From positions 310,001 to 374,000 of the forward strand of contig CP158636.1 in assembly GCA_050273025.1 (NCBI GenBank): a stretch of DNA of 64,000 bases, given 5' to 3'. Position 1 is the stretch's first letter. Every line of letters starts with the position of its first letter. Under the pieces are notes generated by a model. The model saw nothing but the letters and a program-made list of their open reading frames with translations, was not told where the DNA came from and searched no databases. This DNA is from Cenococcum geophilum. Lineage: Eukaryota. Below, piece by piece: positions 50,301 to 63,543 of this stretch. Both the position numbers and the translations under genes were made by a program.

Positions 50301-50959
50301 CATATAGCACCCCTATACGAGACTATCTCTTCTATTTAAAAACCTAGCTGCTCTGTAGTTAACTATATATTTAACCACTAATTAGTATTAGTTATATAGG
50401 GTGACTTACTAATAATGGCTACTCGAGTAGGGTTACAGTGATGTTGGTTAATAAAGCTTATTAATTAGAATGAGGAAGGGCGAGGAGCTTAGGGCTCCTC
50501 GCTACGCTAGTGCCGCGGCGTTACGTAATAACCGCTTGCCTTATTCCCGATAGATACTTTTAGCTATAGATTTAAGGTGTTAAATTTAAAGTGGCTAACC
50601 CTAAGCTCCTATTATATTAATCTATTTAACTAAAGAGGACTCCTTAATAACCGAGAGCTTTTAAAGCTTTTAGTAATACTCCTTACTTAATTAGCAGCCG
50701 TTACGACGGTAGTAAATAGAAGAAGGCAATAAGTTGTATATTTTAGTAAGCTTATAGCTAAATAGATTGGGATTGGCTTCTAATAATTGAAGAATAATTT
50801 GCATACGATCCTCCTTGCTAAGTAATAGCGATTTAGGGGTAGTAGAGGACATAGTGGTGATGTAGTAAAGGAGTGTTTTAATGTTTTGATTTTGATTTTA
50901 GTAGGAGGTCCGTACAATATCCCAAATAGGTAGCTGTTTCGTTTAGGTGGCTAACCTAT
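44353..50959 (-). mobile_element. Fot1/pogo (Tc1-mariner) DNA transposon, interrupted and partly deleted
   Basis: About 48-bp TIRs (ACGGGTTAGCCACCTAAA...) flanked by TA; transposase ATG at 50852 with HTH region; DDE part at 44500-45505 with PGNRDWVSIIEC, RLLILDGHES, LPSHSTHLLQPLD. Confidence 0.92.
45506..50552 (-). mobile_element. 3'-truncated Copia of the same family as 26543-32803
   Basis: 5' LTR at 50386-50552; internal region is the reverse-complement homolog of about 26729-31790; ends inside RNase H. Confidence 0.93.
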
Positions 50960-51108
50960 TACTAGGATTAACACTTATAAAAGAAATACGCGTATAAGGG
51001 CCGCCTAACTAATACTATAAGACGACTTACTAAATAAACTATACCTAATCCCTAAAGGCAAACCGCCTATTAAAGGCTATTTTCTAGCCAATATAGCCTA
51101 AGCTTCTT
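50960..51108. other. Unassigned RIP-mutated segment, continuous with 44340-44352 across the Fot1 TA site
   Basis: Does not match G2 pol or any other element in the window. Confidence 0.5.
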
Positions 51109-53268
51109 TGTTACGGCACTGACCTAACGTATACTGTTTTATACTATCTTGTACTATTTCCTACTATTAGCTAGCCCACTACTAGCGACTTAGCGGCCGG
51201 CCCTACTATTTATATATAATACCCCCTTTTTACCTTCTTCCCCTCTTTATACCAGAACGTAGTTATTTAGTCTACTTTATTGCAGCATTATAACAGTTTA
51301 TAGTATCTTTAATTTGCGCCCCGTTGCGATTACCAATTCCCTATACCCTAGCTAATTAACCTCCGCCCTAGAGCAATCGCGACCTACGCGCGCCTCTACT
51401 AAAACTAACACGTCCCTAGTATAGTTCTAGAACGATCCTTAGTTTTTACCTAGTGCCTAAATAGGCGACATTAATAACGCCAAAATGGCCAAAACCTAGA
51501 ACCCCCGCGACGTCTTTGTAGATCTCTTTATAGAGATATACCCTAATATTACGTAGATAATCTACCGCTCCCTACTATACCCTAAGACCTTTAAGCCTAG
51601 CAAAGCTTACCTTACCCTTATTAACTATACCAATAAGTTTCTTAATAACATTAAAGTAGGACTTTAGTGTATATATAATACAAACACCGCTAATAAGAAA
51701 GCCAATAAAAACCTTAGTACCCTTATCGCTTCCTAGATAGGAACTATTAACTCCTAAGTAAAGACTATTACCATTCTAAAATAATTAACCCCTATAATAA
51801 TAGTAGTAACCTAGCAGAAAAAACGGAGATCTAAAGACCCGCTAATATTTAGCGGAAAGGGTACCCCGCTAGAATGATAAGTTAATTTTAAAACCTAGCA
51901 TATTAAGATTAAGGGAGTCTTTAACTGGGACTAGGACTACTTTAATACAGTTTAGTCCCAGATCCTTTACATCTTAGATATACTAAAGGATAAGGCCTAT
52001 AAGTTTATTAAGTAGGGCCTAAAGCTTATACACAAAAACCCAAACAATATATCTACATGGAAATGGCCTACTAAAAAAGATATACTTAAAGACCTTACTG
52101 CCCACTATAAGGTCCTTAATATAACCTAGGTTGCAAAAAATAAGCTTAACTATTTCCCCTAAGGCGAGTATAATTACTAGTCCTAGAAGGGAGAGCTTAA
52201 TAAGCTAATAGTTCGCGCTAAGAAGATAAATAAATAAAAGGTAGACCTACTCTAAAAGTTTATTTCTCTAAAGATAGAAGAGCTAGTACTTAAACTTGCC
52301 TATAAAATTAATAATAGCGACTATATAGGTTAGAGTAAGTAGATAGATATATTTACTAAAAACCTTATAAACTATACACACTAAGCCAACCTTAAGAAGA
52401 ACGCTAACCACCGCCTACCTACCTAAGCCCCTACCCCTATATTAACCCCAACCCTAGCAGTAACTAGAGAACCTATAAACCTTAATAAAATCTTAAACAT
52501 AGAGCGTAAGCGCCGCGTTAATAATAGACTATACCTTACCTATAGTCTACCTAGCTACTAGAAGGATACCTATAACCCCGCTAAGACAGCAAACCTAATC
52601 CTAATGTCACTCTATTAAATAACGCGAACTAATAACCGCGAACGCGGTAACCGTAGAGTCTATTATAGACGCGGCGATCGCGGAGCCTATTATAGCCGCG
52701 GCGGACAACCCCCCCCCCTTTAACCCTACGGCTTAGTTACTCTAAACTATACCCTATATAGGAGCCTAACCCGTTAACAATACCTAGTATTAGCGACTTC
52801 GCGCTAGCGAATACGAACACGGCCACGTTATTAGCGAGGTATTATCTTCCTATACCCCAACCAAAACTAAAACCAATACCGCTAGCTAAACAGACACTGG
52901 ACCGCCCCGCTAAGACAGCTCTATACCCCAGTTATTAAAAAATAAACCCTTAAACTAAGTTATGCCTAAGGGTCTAAACCATATAAGGAGGAAGACGAGA
53001 AGATTAGATCCTTATTACTAGATTAATTAGTCCTTTCTATTAGTAAACTGCTACTTAATCTTAGATTAGCAAATAGTAATAAGAAATTAATTCTTATTTA
53101 AACCTAACTCTCCTTATTATATAACCTATACCCCTAAGTTTATATCAATATAGTAAGCCTAGTAGACTCTAGTAGTACTATAATGGCATTTACTAACGCA
53201 AAGTCTATTATAAAAAAGTATAACGTTATAACTAAGAAGCTGCTAGCACCTAGGCCACTGCGCCTTAT
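51109..53268 (+). mobile_element. 5' part of Gypsy family G3 (LTR 51109-51295, gag, start of protease)
   Basis: TGTTAC...TAACA 187-bp LTR; gag with DP..FSGKG, EPMDLD, C..CGLPGHWKDAH; LVDSG protease near 53158; interrupted by piggyBac. Confidence 0.85.
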
Positions 53269-56043
53269 CCCTTCGTGTGGCAAGATTTCTTGCACTTTTC
53301 GTATATATAAGCCTCTTAAGCCAATCTAGAGGCTCTATACCGTATATAACTTAGTGTTAAAGCTCCTAGTCAGTGCGATTGCGCCGCGGCAGGGGTGCTG
53401 GCGCCTCATTAACACTTTAAATATTGCGGTAAATAGCAGCGACGTGGCTAGGAAGCCTGTATATAGAATATTTGGTAGTGTAGTTAATCAAAAAGCTTTA
53501 ATATTATCGCCCTCTATTTGACCATTAAATCCTCTATAAAATATCGTCTTTATACCGCCTAAAAAACGTCGTGCGTCTTCGGCTCCGAAGCCTCTAAAGC
53601 CTCTAAAGCCTCTAAAAGTACCTAAAGCCTAGGAGTCTTATTTACAATCCTTCTAAGCAACGCAGTATATATATAATAGCTTAGCGGCAGTAGTTATACA
53701 GCCTATAGAGGCTTTAGCGGCTCCGGTAGCTATGCGGTAGGTAGTACTAAGTAAGAATATTACGGAGGCCCGGCCAAGTAGCCAGATAGAGGATATTAAG
53801 GAGGAAGAACTAGGAGCCGTTTTTAAGGCCCGCGGCGAGACCGCAGAGGATAAGGCAGATAAGGTAGATGAGACTAAATTACCAGAGCTATTAGCTGAAG
53901 AAGTTACAAGAATGGGCCTTTCTACTATACCTACTATATAGGAGCCTATGGCCGCTATTTCTAAATTAGATCTTAAAGTTGTTAACCTTTTAGATAAGTT
54001 AATATTTGCCGCTCGGCGCGCTGGTGAGCCTATTAATGGCTTTAGCACGGGTATTAAATCTAATAATCTTCCTAATTAAAATGAGGATACTAAGCGCTCT
54101 GCTTACTATACGCTAGTAGATTAGATTAGTATAGCGTTTAGTAGGTGTAAATCTAAATAGGACCTACTAATTTAAGTGTTCCTACTATTCTTTAGTATTA
54201 GTATATTTAAGAGGCTTGTAGTTAATACAAACCTCTATATAGCCTCTTAAAACGCTAGCGGATATTACTAATTAGGACGGTACGCTGGTAAACAATTATA
54301 GACGTAGAAGGAGACCTCTACTAGAGAGTTAATAATTTAGGTAGAACTTATTATATATATAGGCGTCTTTAAAGCTCCTTAAGTGCGAGACCTTTAGGCT
54401 ACAGGTCCTAAATATCCTAAACACTTAATCAGCTTATTTATGGGCTAAAAAAGATAGGAGCAACTTAAACGCTTTTTCTATATCTTACCACCTCCACTAA
54501 AAGGCGTTAAATATTAGGTTTTTAAAAAGATTAAGCCGTTAACAACTCCTTTAGGTAAGGCGTTTAGGAAGTACGTTATATCTAAATCTATAGTTAGCTT
54601 TAATAAAATAATAGTGCGGTTTACTAGACAATCTATAGCTATAATTAAATTGTCTAGTAAGCTAATACCTAAGGGCTTTAAGATATTAAGCCTTTGTTAA
54701 TATGGATATTACTATAGCTTTATATTCACCTTACCTAGCTACTTTTTTAGGCTTCCTTCTTAAATAGATCATTAAGATATCGCCCTCTTAAAGACCTCTA
54801 AGTGCGTCCTCTACCTCGCCCAATAGCTTCCTCTTTAGGCTTATTAATTCTGCCTATTCTTAGATAACTATTTTACGAATATTCCGTTGCTCCAGGTGCT
54901 TTAACAACTTAGAATTACTACAGCTGGTACAGCCTGATTAAACTCAAGAGCCTATCTAGAGGTATATAAAAGGGCTAATAAAAGAAAGGCAAGACTACCG
55001 TTTAACTTTATTACAGAAATAGTTATTAATTTAGTGCTTTCGATTATATAGCAGGATAAGAATTTAGTACAATTTTTAACGATAGCTTACTCGTATAGTA
55101 ATAAGGATATTAATAAAGTTAATCGGCGTTAACCATAAGCATATAATTCCTTCCTTAAGGAGCTAGTGGCTAATGTTTAGGGCAATAATCTAATTAAGAA
55201 GCTAACGCTTCCTAGGCTCTCTATCGACTATAATAACTAAATAGGTGGCGTTAATATTTATAATTAGCTTTGGAGTTACTATACTACCTAGATTACTACT
55301 ATACGCACCTAGATACCCTTATTCTTCTAGGCGCTTAATATAGCTATAATTAACGCCTATATTATTAGCAAGAAGATCTTCTAGACGTTAAGTAAACCCT
55401 TTCTTTAAACCTATCGCCGCTTCTATATACAACTGGCCTAGAACCTTATTATTATAGGCAGTTAGCAAATAGGCATAAATAAGTAAGATACTAAGCGCCT
55501 TCTTTATTTAAGCTCACCAAAGTATAGGCAATATTAACCTGGTATTAGGCCTAGTTATAAAAATATTAAAACGAATTAAAGTACCACCTACGTTACTACT
55601 AAAACCCTACTACCTATAATTTAACTAAGTAAAACGCGAACTCACCGCTATATTAAAGGCTATATAAAGATAAAGGGCTATAAAGGCTTACTAACGTACT
55701 AGATATGTAGATGGAAGCAGGTAAAGAAGCTTATATTAAAGGTAAGATAGACAGTATATAAATGCGAGGGTTATAGGCTTCCTCTATACTTACGGTGCTT
55801 TGCCGACTTCTATTTAATAGATAATAATTAGGTAACTACTTTTAATTCTCTACTTCCTTATACCTTTAATATTAAGGCTCTAAAGCTAATTAAGCCTTTA
55901 CTATAGTATATATCTTAGCCTCCTTTAAGCCTTTCTCTACTGCCTTTAACCGGGCCTCCATACTAAATAATCGCTAATTAAACCGTTTAATTACCTGCAG
56001 CATTTAATCTACCTTATTTAACGTATATAATACATCCCCCCTT
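53269..56043 (+). mobile_element. piggyBac DNA transposon; right end not in the window
   Basis: Left end TTAT|CCCTTCGTG; transposase relic follows; interrupted by G2c at 56044. Confidence 0.88.
53552..55831 (+). pseudogene. piggyBac transposase
   Basis: De-RIP MPPKKRR start; FDEMMVRFTGRS, KPIPEGFKI, FLDNYFT, YN..MGGVD..DQ, W.PLFFW.LD..IINAY; C-terminal Cys-rich domain. Confidence 0.88.
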
Positions 56044-56504
56044 TATTACGAACGCTTTAAGTACAATGTTATAACTACTTAGAGAGGAGTTAGAAGAAGC
56101 TAGTTGGTTAATATAAGCACGGTCTAGAATGGAACCCGTAGAACTATATGACGAGGAATGGTAAGCAGAGTCACGTAATGTAATCTGTGTAATCTGTATA
56201 ATCTGCGAGATCTATAACAGAGCGAATAGAGCAGACAGAGCAGATAGAGTAATAACTTTCTTAGGAGTACGGTTATGTATTTAAGGACCCTTAGTCCCTA
56301 CCTAGATAGTTCCTTTCTTATAGTAATTCTTAGAATATAATTAGAGTTAATCTGTTAGGCAACTACTCCACCAGTTATTATTACGTTATTAACTTACTTG
56401 CAATACCTATATACCTAGCCTATTAATAAGTCTACCGTAGTTCCTACTATAAAGCTCTATTATATAATTACTACTACGGTTACGGTTTTAATAAGTTAAA
56501 TAAT

Positions 56505-59500
56505 ATGCCACTAAAAGCAGCCACCACAACGCTATTAACGGCGGCAACTATATTAGGATTAGGTAACAACACTAGTATAGCAGACACTAACTTATAACAA
56601 CCTATAACAGTAGGGCAGTTATAAATAATAGTTAATTAGTTAATGGGAGATAATACAGCACTCAAAAATAGGATTAATGGGATAGGAGCAGTAAAGGTTA
56701 AGTTACTATCGATTAAAAGATTCTTAGGAGAAAGATCGAAGCTTAAAGGATTTCTTATATAAATATACTTTAAGGTTACATAAGAAGAAGCAAAGCTGGC
56801 AATAACTATAGATTAAGTAGTATACGCAGGATTATTCTTATTAGGAAGAGCACTTAAGTAGTTTAAGTTTTACCTTATAAAGATATAAGCAAATGGAATA
56901 ACAACAATAAACTAAGAAGTACGGTTTATATTTTTAAGCTAGAATAGATTTACGGAACGACTTATATAAATATTTAGGGACCTAAAAGCAACAACTATAG
57001 TAAAAAGAAAGCTTTAGGACCTAATATAATAAACTTTAGTAATTAAGTATATAACCTAATTCTAAACGCTAGCTATATAACTTAAGTGGAACGATAAGGC
57101 GCTTATGGCATAGTATAAATAGGGACTTAAGGCTAAAGTCTAGGACGTAATTATTCTAATAGAAGATGCGGACACCCTAAGGGAATTAATAGATTAAGCG
57201 ATTAAGATTAATAATAGGATCTTCTAAAGGGAATAGGCTAAGAGGGGCTAAGATAGAGTTCTATAGTCGTATAAGACGCAGAGTACGCAACGACCTAAGC
57301 TAAGTTAGAAACTATAGTATGGCGCAGAGCCAATAGACCTAAGTAGTACTAAAGAAACCTATAAAAGATAGAGTAGGAAACTATAAAAACCTAGAGGTTA
57401 AGGATTAAGTAATTATAGGACTAAGGAGTATAGGCTAAACTAAGGATCTTAGCAATAGAAGATGTTTAAGCGGACTCTATAACAAAAGCAATAATTTAAA
57501 GAAGGAGCTTATATAAATTGCGGAAAATAAAGTTATTTCGCTAAAGACTATAGAAGTGGTTAGAATTACTATATAGTAAAGGGAACTAGACTAGTAGTAT
57601 GTGACACACACGTATAAAGAGATAATAGTGCGCTACGAGAAATAAAAGAGTATTTAATTAGAAGTTTCGCATTTTGTTACAATAACGCATACTAAATTTA
57701 TAAAGACGCTAAGTATGGCGTAAGCTATTAGCCATAAGAGCTAGAGTTAAGAGGACTTAAAGGAACTATAGAGTTAGATAAAGAACAAGATTAACTCTAT
57801 AAGCTAGATTAAGATGTTACAGCAACATGCGGATAAAGATTAGTAATAATAATAATAGAGTTGGAGTACTTATTAATTAACAGCGATAAGGATAGTAAAG
57901 GAACTAACTAGGGGTATTTAAACCTTAATAATGTAATAGAAGTAGAGACTAAGACCGCTATAGAGCAAGGTTTAGTAACGGGTATTATAATACCGTTAGA
58001 TACGGCATGTATCGCTTTATAAGACGGAAGGAGTAATATTTAGAGATGATTAAGCAAGCAGATAACTGCTAGTGCTAGCTTACCACTTAATAAAGGCAAA
58101 AGGCTAAAGGCTTAAGATTTTTAAGAAGAGATAAGAGATAACTAAGATTCTTAAAATAAGATAAGGTATACTTATAGACCTATAATGGACGATAACTAAT
58201 AGAGTAGAGTAGTAGCTTAGTTTAAGAATATATAAATAAGCTTGGGATAAGTGTTCCTAACGGCATAAGACTTTTAAGATAAGATAAGTAAAATCTAGGA
58301 TTCTTAAGACGAGATAAGGACACTAGTAAAGCCTAGTTAAACTAAGGCTGGAGCTAAGCTTAAGTTAGAAGCAAGCTTAGGATTAAAGAATCTAAGGGAT
58401 TAGGAATTCGGAGTATAAATTAAGACACCTATAAGTAAGAGGTAAGGAGCTTTTTTATAGATTAGAGAATCTGTAATATAAACAACAGTTAGATTAGAAG
58501 ACAGATATATAGACCTAAAGGACTTACTAGTTAAATAAGACATTCAGACTAAAGATTAAGAGTTTAATACTAAGATTAAGAAGTAAAAAAACTTTAAGGA
58601 TTTAATTACAAGACGTAAATAATAAGAAACTATAGAAGAATTTAAAGCAAGAATCATCGTATAGTAAGAAAAGAAACTAGATATAAGATCTAGTATATTA
58701 GGACGTATAAAAGACAGAGCACTAGTATAAAGAATTACTAATAGGCTAAGAATAGGTACACTAAGAGCCAAGTGGCTTACCGAACTAGAAAATGAAGAGG
58801 ATTTAGGGATTCTTACTAGGTTCAAAGAATGACATATAAAGGGCTATCACGATATAGTAATAAGAAGATACTTCCTTATGGACAAACTATATACACTCTA
58901 GCAGCTGTACTAAAAGTGGTATAGGCAACGATATAATAATAAGTAGGAAGATTTCTATATATAGTTGGACAAAAAAGTTATCTAAGACTACCCGATGATA
59001 GAGGAGGCTATAACTTATATTAGGGGAGCCTTAATTATAATATTAAAGGATCTAAAGGAATAATCAGAGGACTAGAGAAGCGAGAGACGCGTCTTAGTAC
59101 CTGTGAATAAAGTTATAACGTTTAGATTAGTGCGATAGAGGTTTGAACTTAAGAATAAAGACGAGCTAAGAGTTAACCTAAAGCACCTAGCACACTATAC
59201 GCTATTATGGATTGTATGCGTAGATAATATATATAAAATACACAAAAATCTAAAGGAAAAGAACCGGAAATACCCTATAAGGATGTACTAAATAATAAAT
59301 AAACAACAGTATAGGAATACTAAGTATATATATGGCTGGCATCCGGCAGAAGTCCAAGAGGAAGGAAATTTAATACTTTAACTAGGAAGATTCCTTACGG
59401 AAAAATGCTTAAATAGATAATAATAGTGGGAATGTCTAAAGAACGCCTATTTATAGTATATTAAAGATAAAAAGCGAACTAGGCTTTAGCTAAAGAGTAA

Positions 59501-59570
59501 GCTAAGTATAATAGGATCTAGCAGCTAATAGTTAGGAAAAGTAGAGGCCTATAGGACTAGAGGGAGCTAG
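56505..59570 (+). pseudogene. gag: G2c extended gag/ORF1 (about 1000 codons)
   Basis: ATG at 56505; capsid-like region; CCHC at about 57510; about 2 kb extra region before the presumed frameshift site near 59535. Confidence 0.7.
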
Positions 59571-62500
59571 TGGTAAAGCCTTAAACCCTTAAAAGAATTT
59601 AAGGACGATACCTAAACCTAAGAGTTAATTAGTAAGATTAACAGTTTAAAGCGTTAGTAAATAGTAGAGTAATACGGAACTATATTTTACTAATAGCGGT
59701 TAAAAGGATAGGGCTACTATATAGGTAAAAAGAGCACCCTTACCTACTAGTAACAATTTTAGGAGATCTAATAGCCTATAGAGGAGGTATTATTAATCTT
59801 AAAATAGAACTAGTTTAGATAACCATTAAAGGGAGATAAGTTAAGATGTCTTTTAATATATTACTATTAGGGAATAATAAGGCAGTATTAGGAATGCCTT
59901 AGTTACAGGAATATAATCTAAAAATTAATTAGGTTATAGGTTAGGTTAATATTAGAGATATATAACAACGTAGAATATAATAATAAACTAAGTTGGTATA
60001 GTACTAGGTTAGAGCGATATATAAAGAAACTAATTAAGGATTAAGCTACGTACTAAAGAGATACTATAAGTATGGTAAGAAGCTATAGTCACTAGAAAGT
60101 AAGAAGCTGTTAGATTATATAGTATAGGACTATAAGATAGAGCTAGAACTAGAAACGAGTTTAAGGTTCTACCCAACTTATAAGTTAATAGAAAAAGAGT
60201 TATAGGCACTTAAAGAGTTTGTCCAGGAAAATCTTTAAAAAGGATATATTAGACTATCGCAGTTATTAGCAGAATATCCAGTACTATTCGTACTAAAGAA
60301 GAATAGAAAACTTAGGCTATGTATTAACTATAAATAGTTAAACAGCATTACTAGAAAGGATAGATATCCTTTACCCTTAATTAGCGAAATCTAAGATAGG
60401 ATTAGTAACGCGTAAATCTTTATAAAGATAGATCTAAGATAGGCGTACCATTAGATTAGAATTAAGGAAGGCAACGAATAAAAGGCAGCCTTTAGGTTAA
60501 AGGAAGGACTATATAAACTATTAGTTATACAATTTGGGCTTATAAATGTACTAGTAACGTTTTAAAAGCGTATTAATAATGTATTAAGAGAATATTTAAA
60601 TAAATTTATTATAGTATACCTTAACGATATTATTATCTACTTAATAAATAAGGAAGAACATAGAAAATATATTAAATGGGTCTTAAAGAGACTATAAGAA
60701 GAACAGATACTAGTAACAATTAAGAAATATAAATTCTTTACTAGGAAGATAGATTTCGTTAGATTTATTATTAAACTAGGCCAATTTAGTATAGATCTAA
60801 AGAAGATCAAGGCTATAGTAAATTGGCAAGAACTAGAAAATGTAATATAGTTAAGGTTATTCTTAGGGTTTTGCAATTACTGTAGAAGGTTTATAGCGCA
60901 ATAGTTAAAGGACATTGAACTATTTACGTAATTAACAAAAAAGGAAGAACTATAGGCATGGGAAGAGGAACAAAAGGAACTATTTAAGAAAATTAAACAG
61001 TTATTTACCTAGGAGCCAGTTCTTAAGATCTATTAACTAGGACGAGAGATAGTTATAAAAATAGATGCATTAAACTATATACTAAAAGCGTGCTTCCTAT
61101 AGAAATATTAAAATAGATAGCACCTAGTAGCATACTATAGTTAAAAGATAATACTACTAGAACTAAACTATAACATCTATAATAAGGAGTTATTAGGTAT
61201 AGTTATAGCACTAAAGAAATAGAGACCATTCTTATAAGGTATAGAAAAACTATTTATAGTTAAGATGGATTATAAGAACCTAACGGGGTTCCTAATAATA
61301 AAAGAACTTAATTGCAGATAGGTTAGATGGGCGGAGATGCTTATAGAATACCATTTTGAGATTTAGTATACTAAGGGTATAGAGAATGCACAAGCAGACG
61401 CTCTAAGTAGAAAGGCTGAACTATAAAATAATGAAAAGCTATTAGGGGCTTTATTGCGAAAAGATATAGATAGACTAATTAGATATAATTATCTAAAGAT
61501 TACAGCAATATAGGAAGAAAAGATCCACAAATTATTAAAGAGTAATTAGATATAAAAGATCCTAGATATATAAACAGAGGATCTAAACTTAGAATAGTAT
61601 AAAAATTAAGAAGTAACGTACGTACCAAGAGCTATCGCAAGGGAGTTTATTAAGTTATTTTATAAAGGACTAACTTAAGAACACAACGGAGCTATAGGCT
61701 TAGTGTTAAGACTTTAAAAGGAATACATTATTAATAGAATCTAGGGACTAGCTAGGTAAGTTATAAAAGAATATCTAGATTGCTAAAAGAATAAACTAAT
61801 AAGGTATAAGCTATATAGAGAGCTACAACCTATTAAAATACCAGAAAGACTATAGGAGGTCATATTATAGGACTTTATTATTAAGTTACTAAAATTAAGA
61901 GATCCTATTACCGGATAAGATTACGACGTAATCTTAGTAATAGTAGATAAGCTTATAAAGTAGGGGTACTTTATAGCATATATAGAAGAAATATTAGCGG
62001 AAGATGTCGCTAGAATCTATATTAAGGAAGTGTTTATAAAATATAAAGCACTAAGTAAGATTATATCGGATAGAGATCTAAGATTTATAGCAGTATTTTA
62101 GGAAGTGTTCTTAGCAGAGCAAGGAGTTTAAGTAGTAACTTCTACCGCATATTATCTATAGATAGACGGTTAAATGGAAAGATTAAATTAGACACTAGAA
62201 TAGTACCTAAGGCATTATATTAATCATATACAGAACAATTAGGTATTACTATTATTAGTTATATAGTTTATATATAATATAACACTATAAGAAGGAATAG
62301 GCACGTTACTATTTAAGGCAAATTATGGATATAAGCTAAGGACATTATTATCGCTATATTAAGTAAAGAAGATAAGTAGTATAGCTAAGTAAAGAATAAA
62401 GAGTTTAATAAATCTTTATATAAACCTTATGGAAATAGCTAAGGTGGTATAGTAAAGGATAAAAAAGTACTACGATATTAAGAGATCTAAGGGACCAAAT

Positions 62501-62938
62501 CTTAAGGAGGGGGATAAAGTGTAGCTACTATATAAAAATTTCAAGAGTTAACGACTAAGTAAGAAGTTAGACTATATTAGACTAGGACCTTTTAAAATTA
62601 TATAAAAAATTTCACCGGTTATATTTAAGTTAAACCTATTAGCTAAGATAAAGATCTACCCTATATAGTATATTGTAATGCTAGAGCTAGTATATAGGAA
62701 TATTAAGCCACTAGTTTATAAAGCAGACATATATAGAGGACAAAAAAAAGATAAATAGTAAGTTTTAAAGATTATTAATTATAAGGATGTAGATAATAAA
62801 ACATAGTATAAAGTAAAGTAGATAGGCTATAACGAGACTACCTAGGAGCTACTAGAGAACCTAAAAAACGCTATAGAAAAGGTATAGGAGTATTAAAAGA
62901 GAAAAGGTTAGGTAATATTAATAAAGAGGAATTGCTAA
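59571..62938 (+). pseudogene. pol: G2c pol
   Basis: ALVDSG protease near 59651; YLDDIIIY near 60616; TDAS; integrase; chromodomain near 62755-62890. Confidence 0.9.
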
Positions 62939-63543
62939 AAAATAAGTTACCTAAAGGGGACCTAGGAAGAGCAACTGCCGAACTACTTAAAGTTATTTTC
63001 TTCTCTATTAGAAGAGAATCCGTTTTTTTATTACTAAGTTCCTATAAACCTTATTCTATAAGTTTTTACTCCTTAAAACAAACCTTCTTGCGAACTTTCT
63101 TAAGATAAACTAATTAAGTAGACGCAGCAAGACAATAATTAAGGGCCCGTTATTAAGCATCGGTAGCCTCCTTTTTAATATTATATAAACGATAAAGTTC
63201 CGCCAAGGTAACAGATAGTTTATTATTAAGCTTTATAGTAGTAAATTAAATACGAGACTCTATAACAAATTACTTAGGGAACTTAGAGACTATTAAGAGT
63301 TATAGGACGCGTATACTTAGCGTTAGAAATTAAATAAATATCGCAAGACAATTAAACGTTTGCTTTAGTACACTCTAAATAAAAAGAGGGTTATTAAGAT
63401 AAAGGACTCGCTAACGCAATACAGACTAACCCCTCTTTCGCATAATAAGAATATAAAGATAGCATTACTTTACCAAGCAATAGTATAGAAGAGACTGTAC
63501 GCGAACAACGAAGAGTTAAAGAAGAAGAAGGTGCTTTAGGCAT
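62871..63543 (-). pseudogene. Antisense Zn2Cys6-like/coiled-coil accessory gene of G2c (putative intron 63260-63314)
   Basis: Intact ATG at 63543; spliced frame of about 205 codons whose internal stops are all TAA/TAG explainable by RIP; the 3' end is approximate. Confidence 0.7.

Noticed and set aside
53653..54048. 131-aa ORF from the track as a real gene
   Set aside because: It is antisense to the piggyBac transposase N-terminus and has no recognisable motif.
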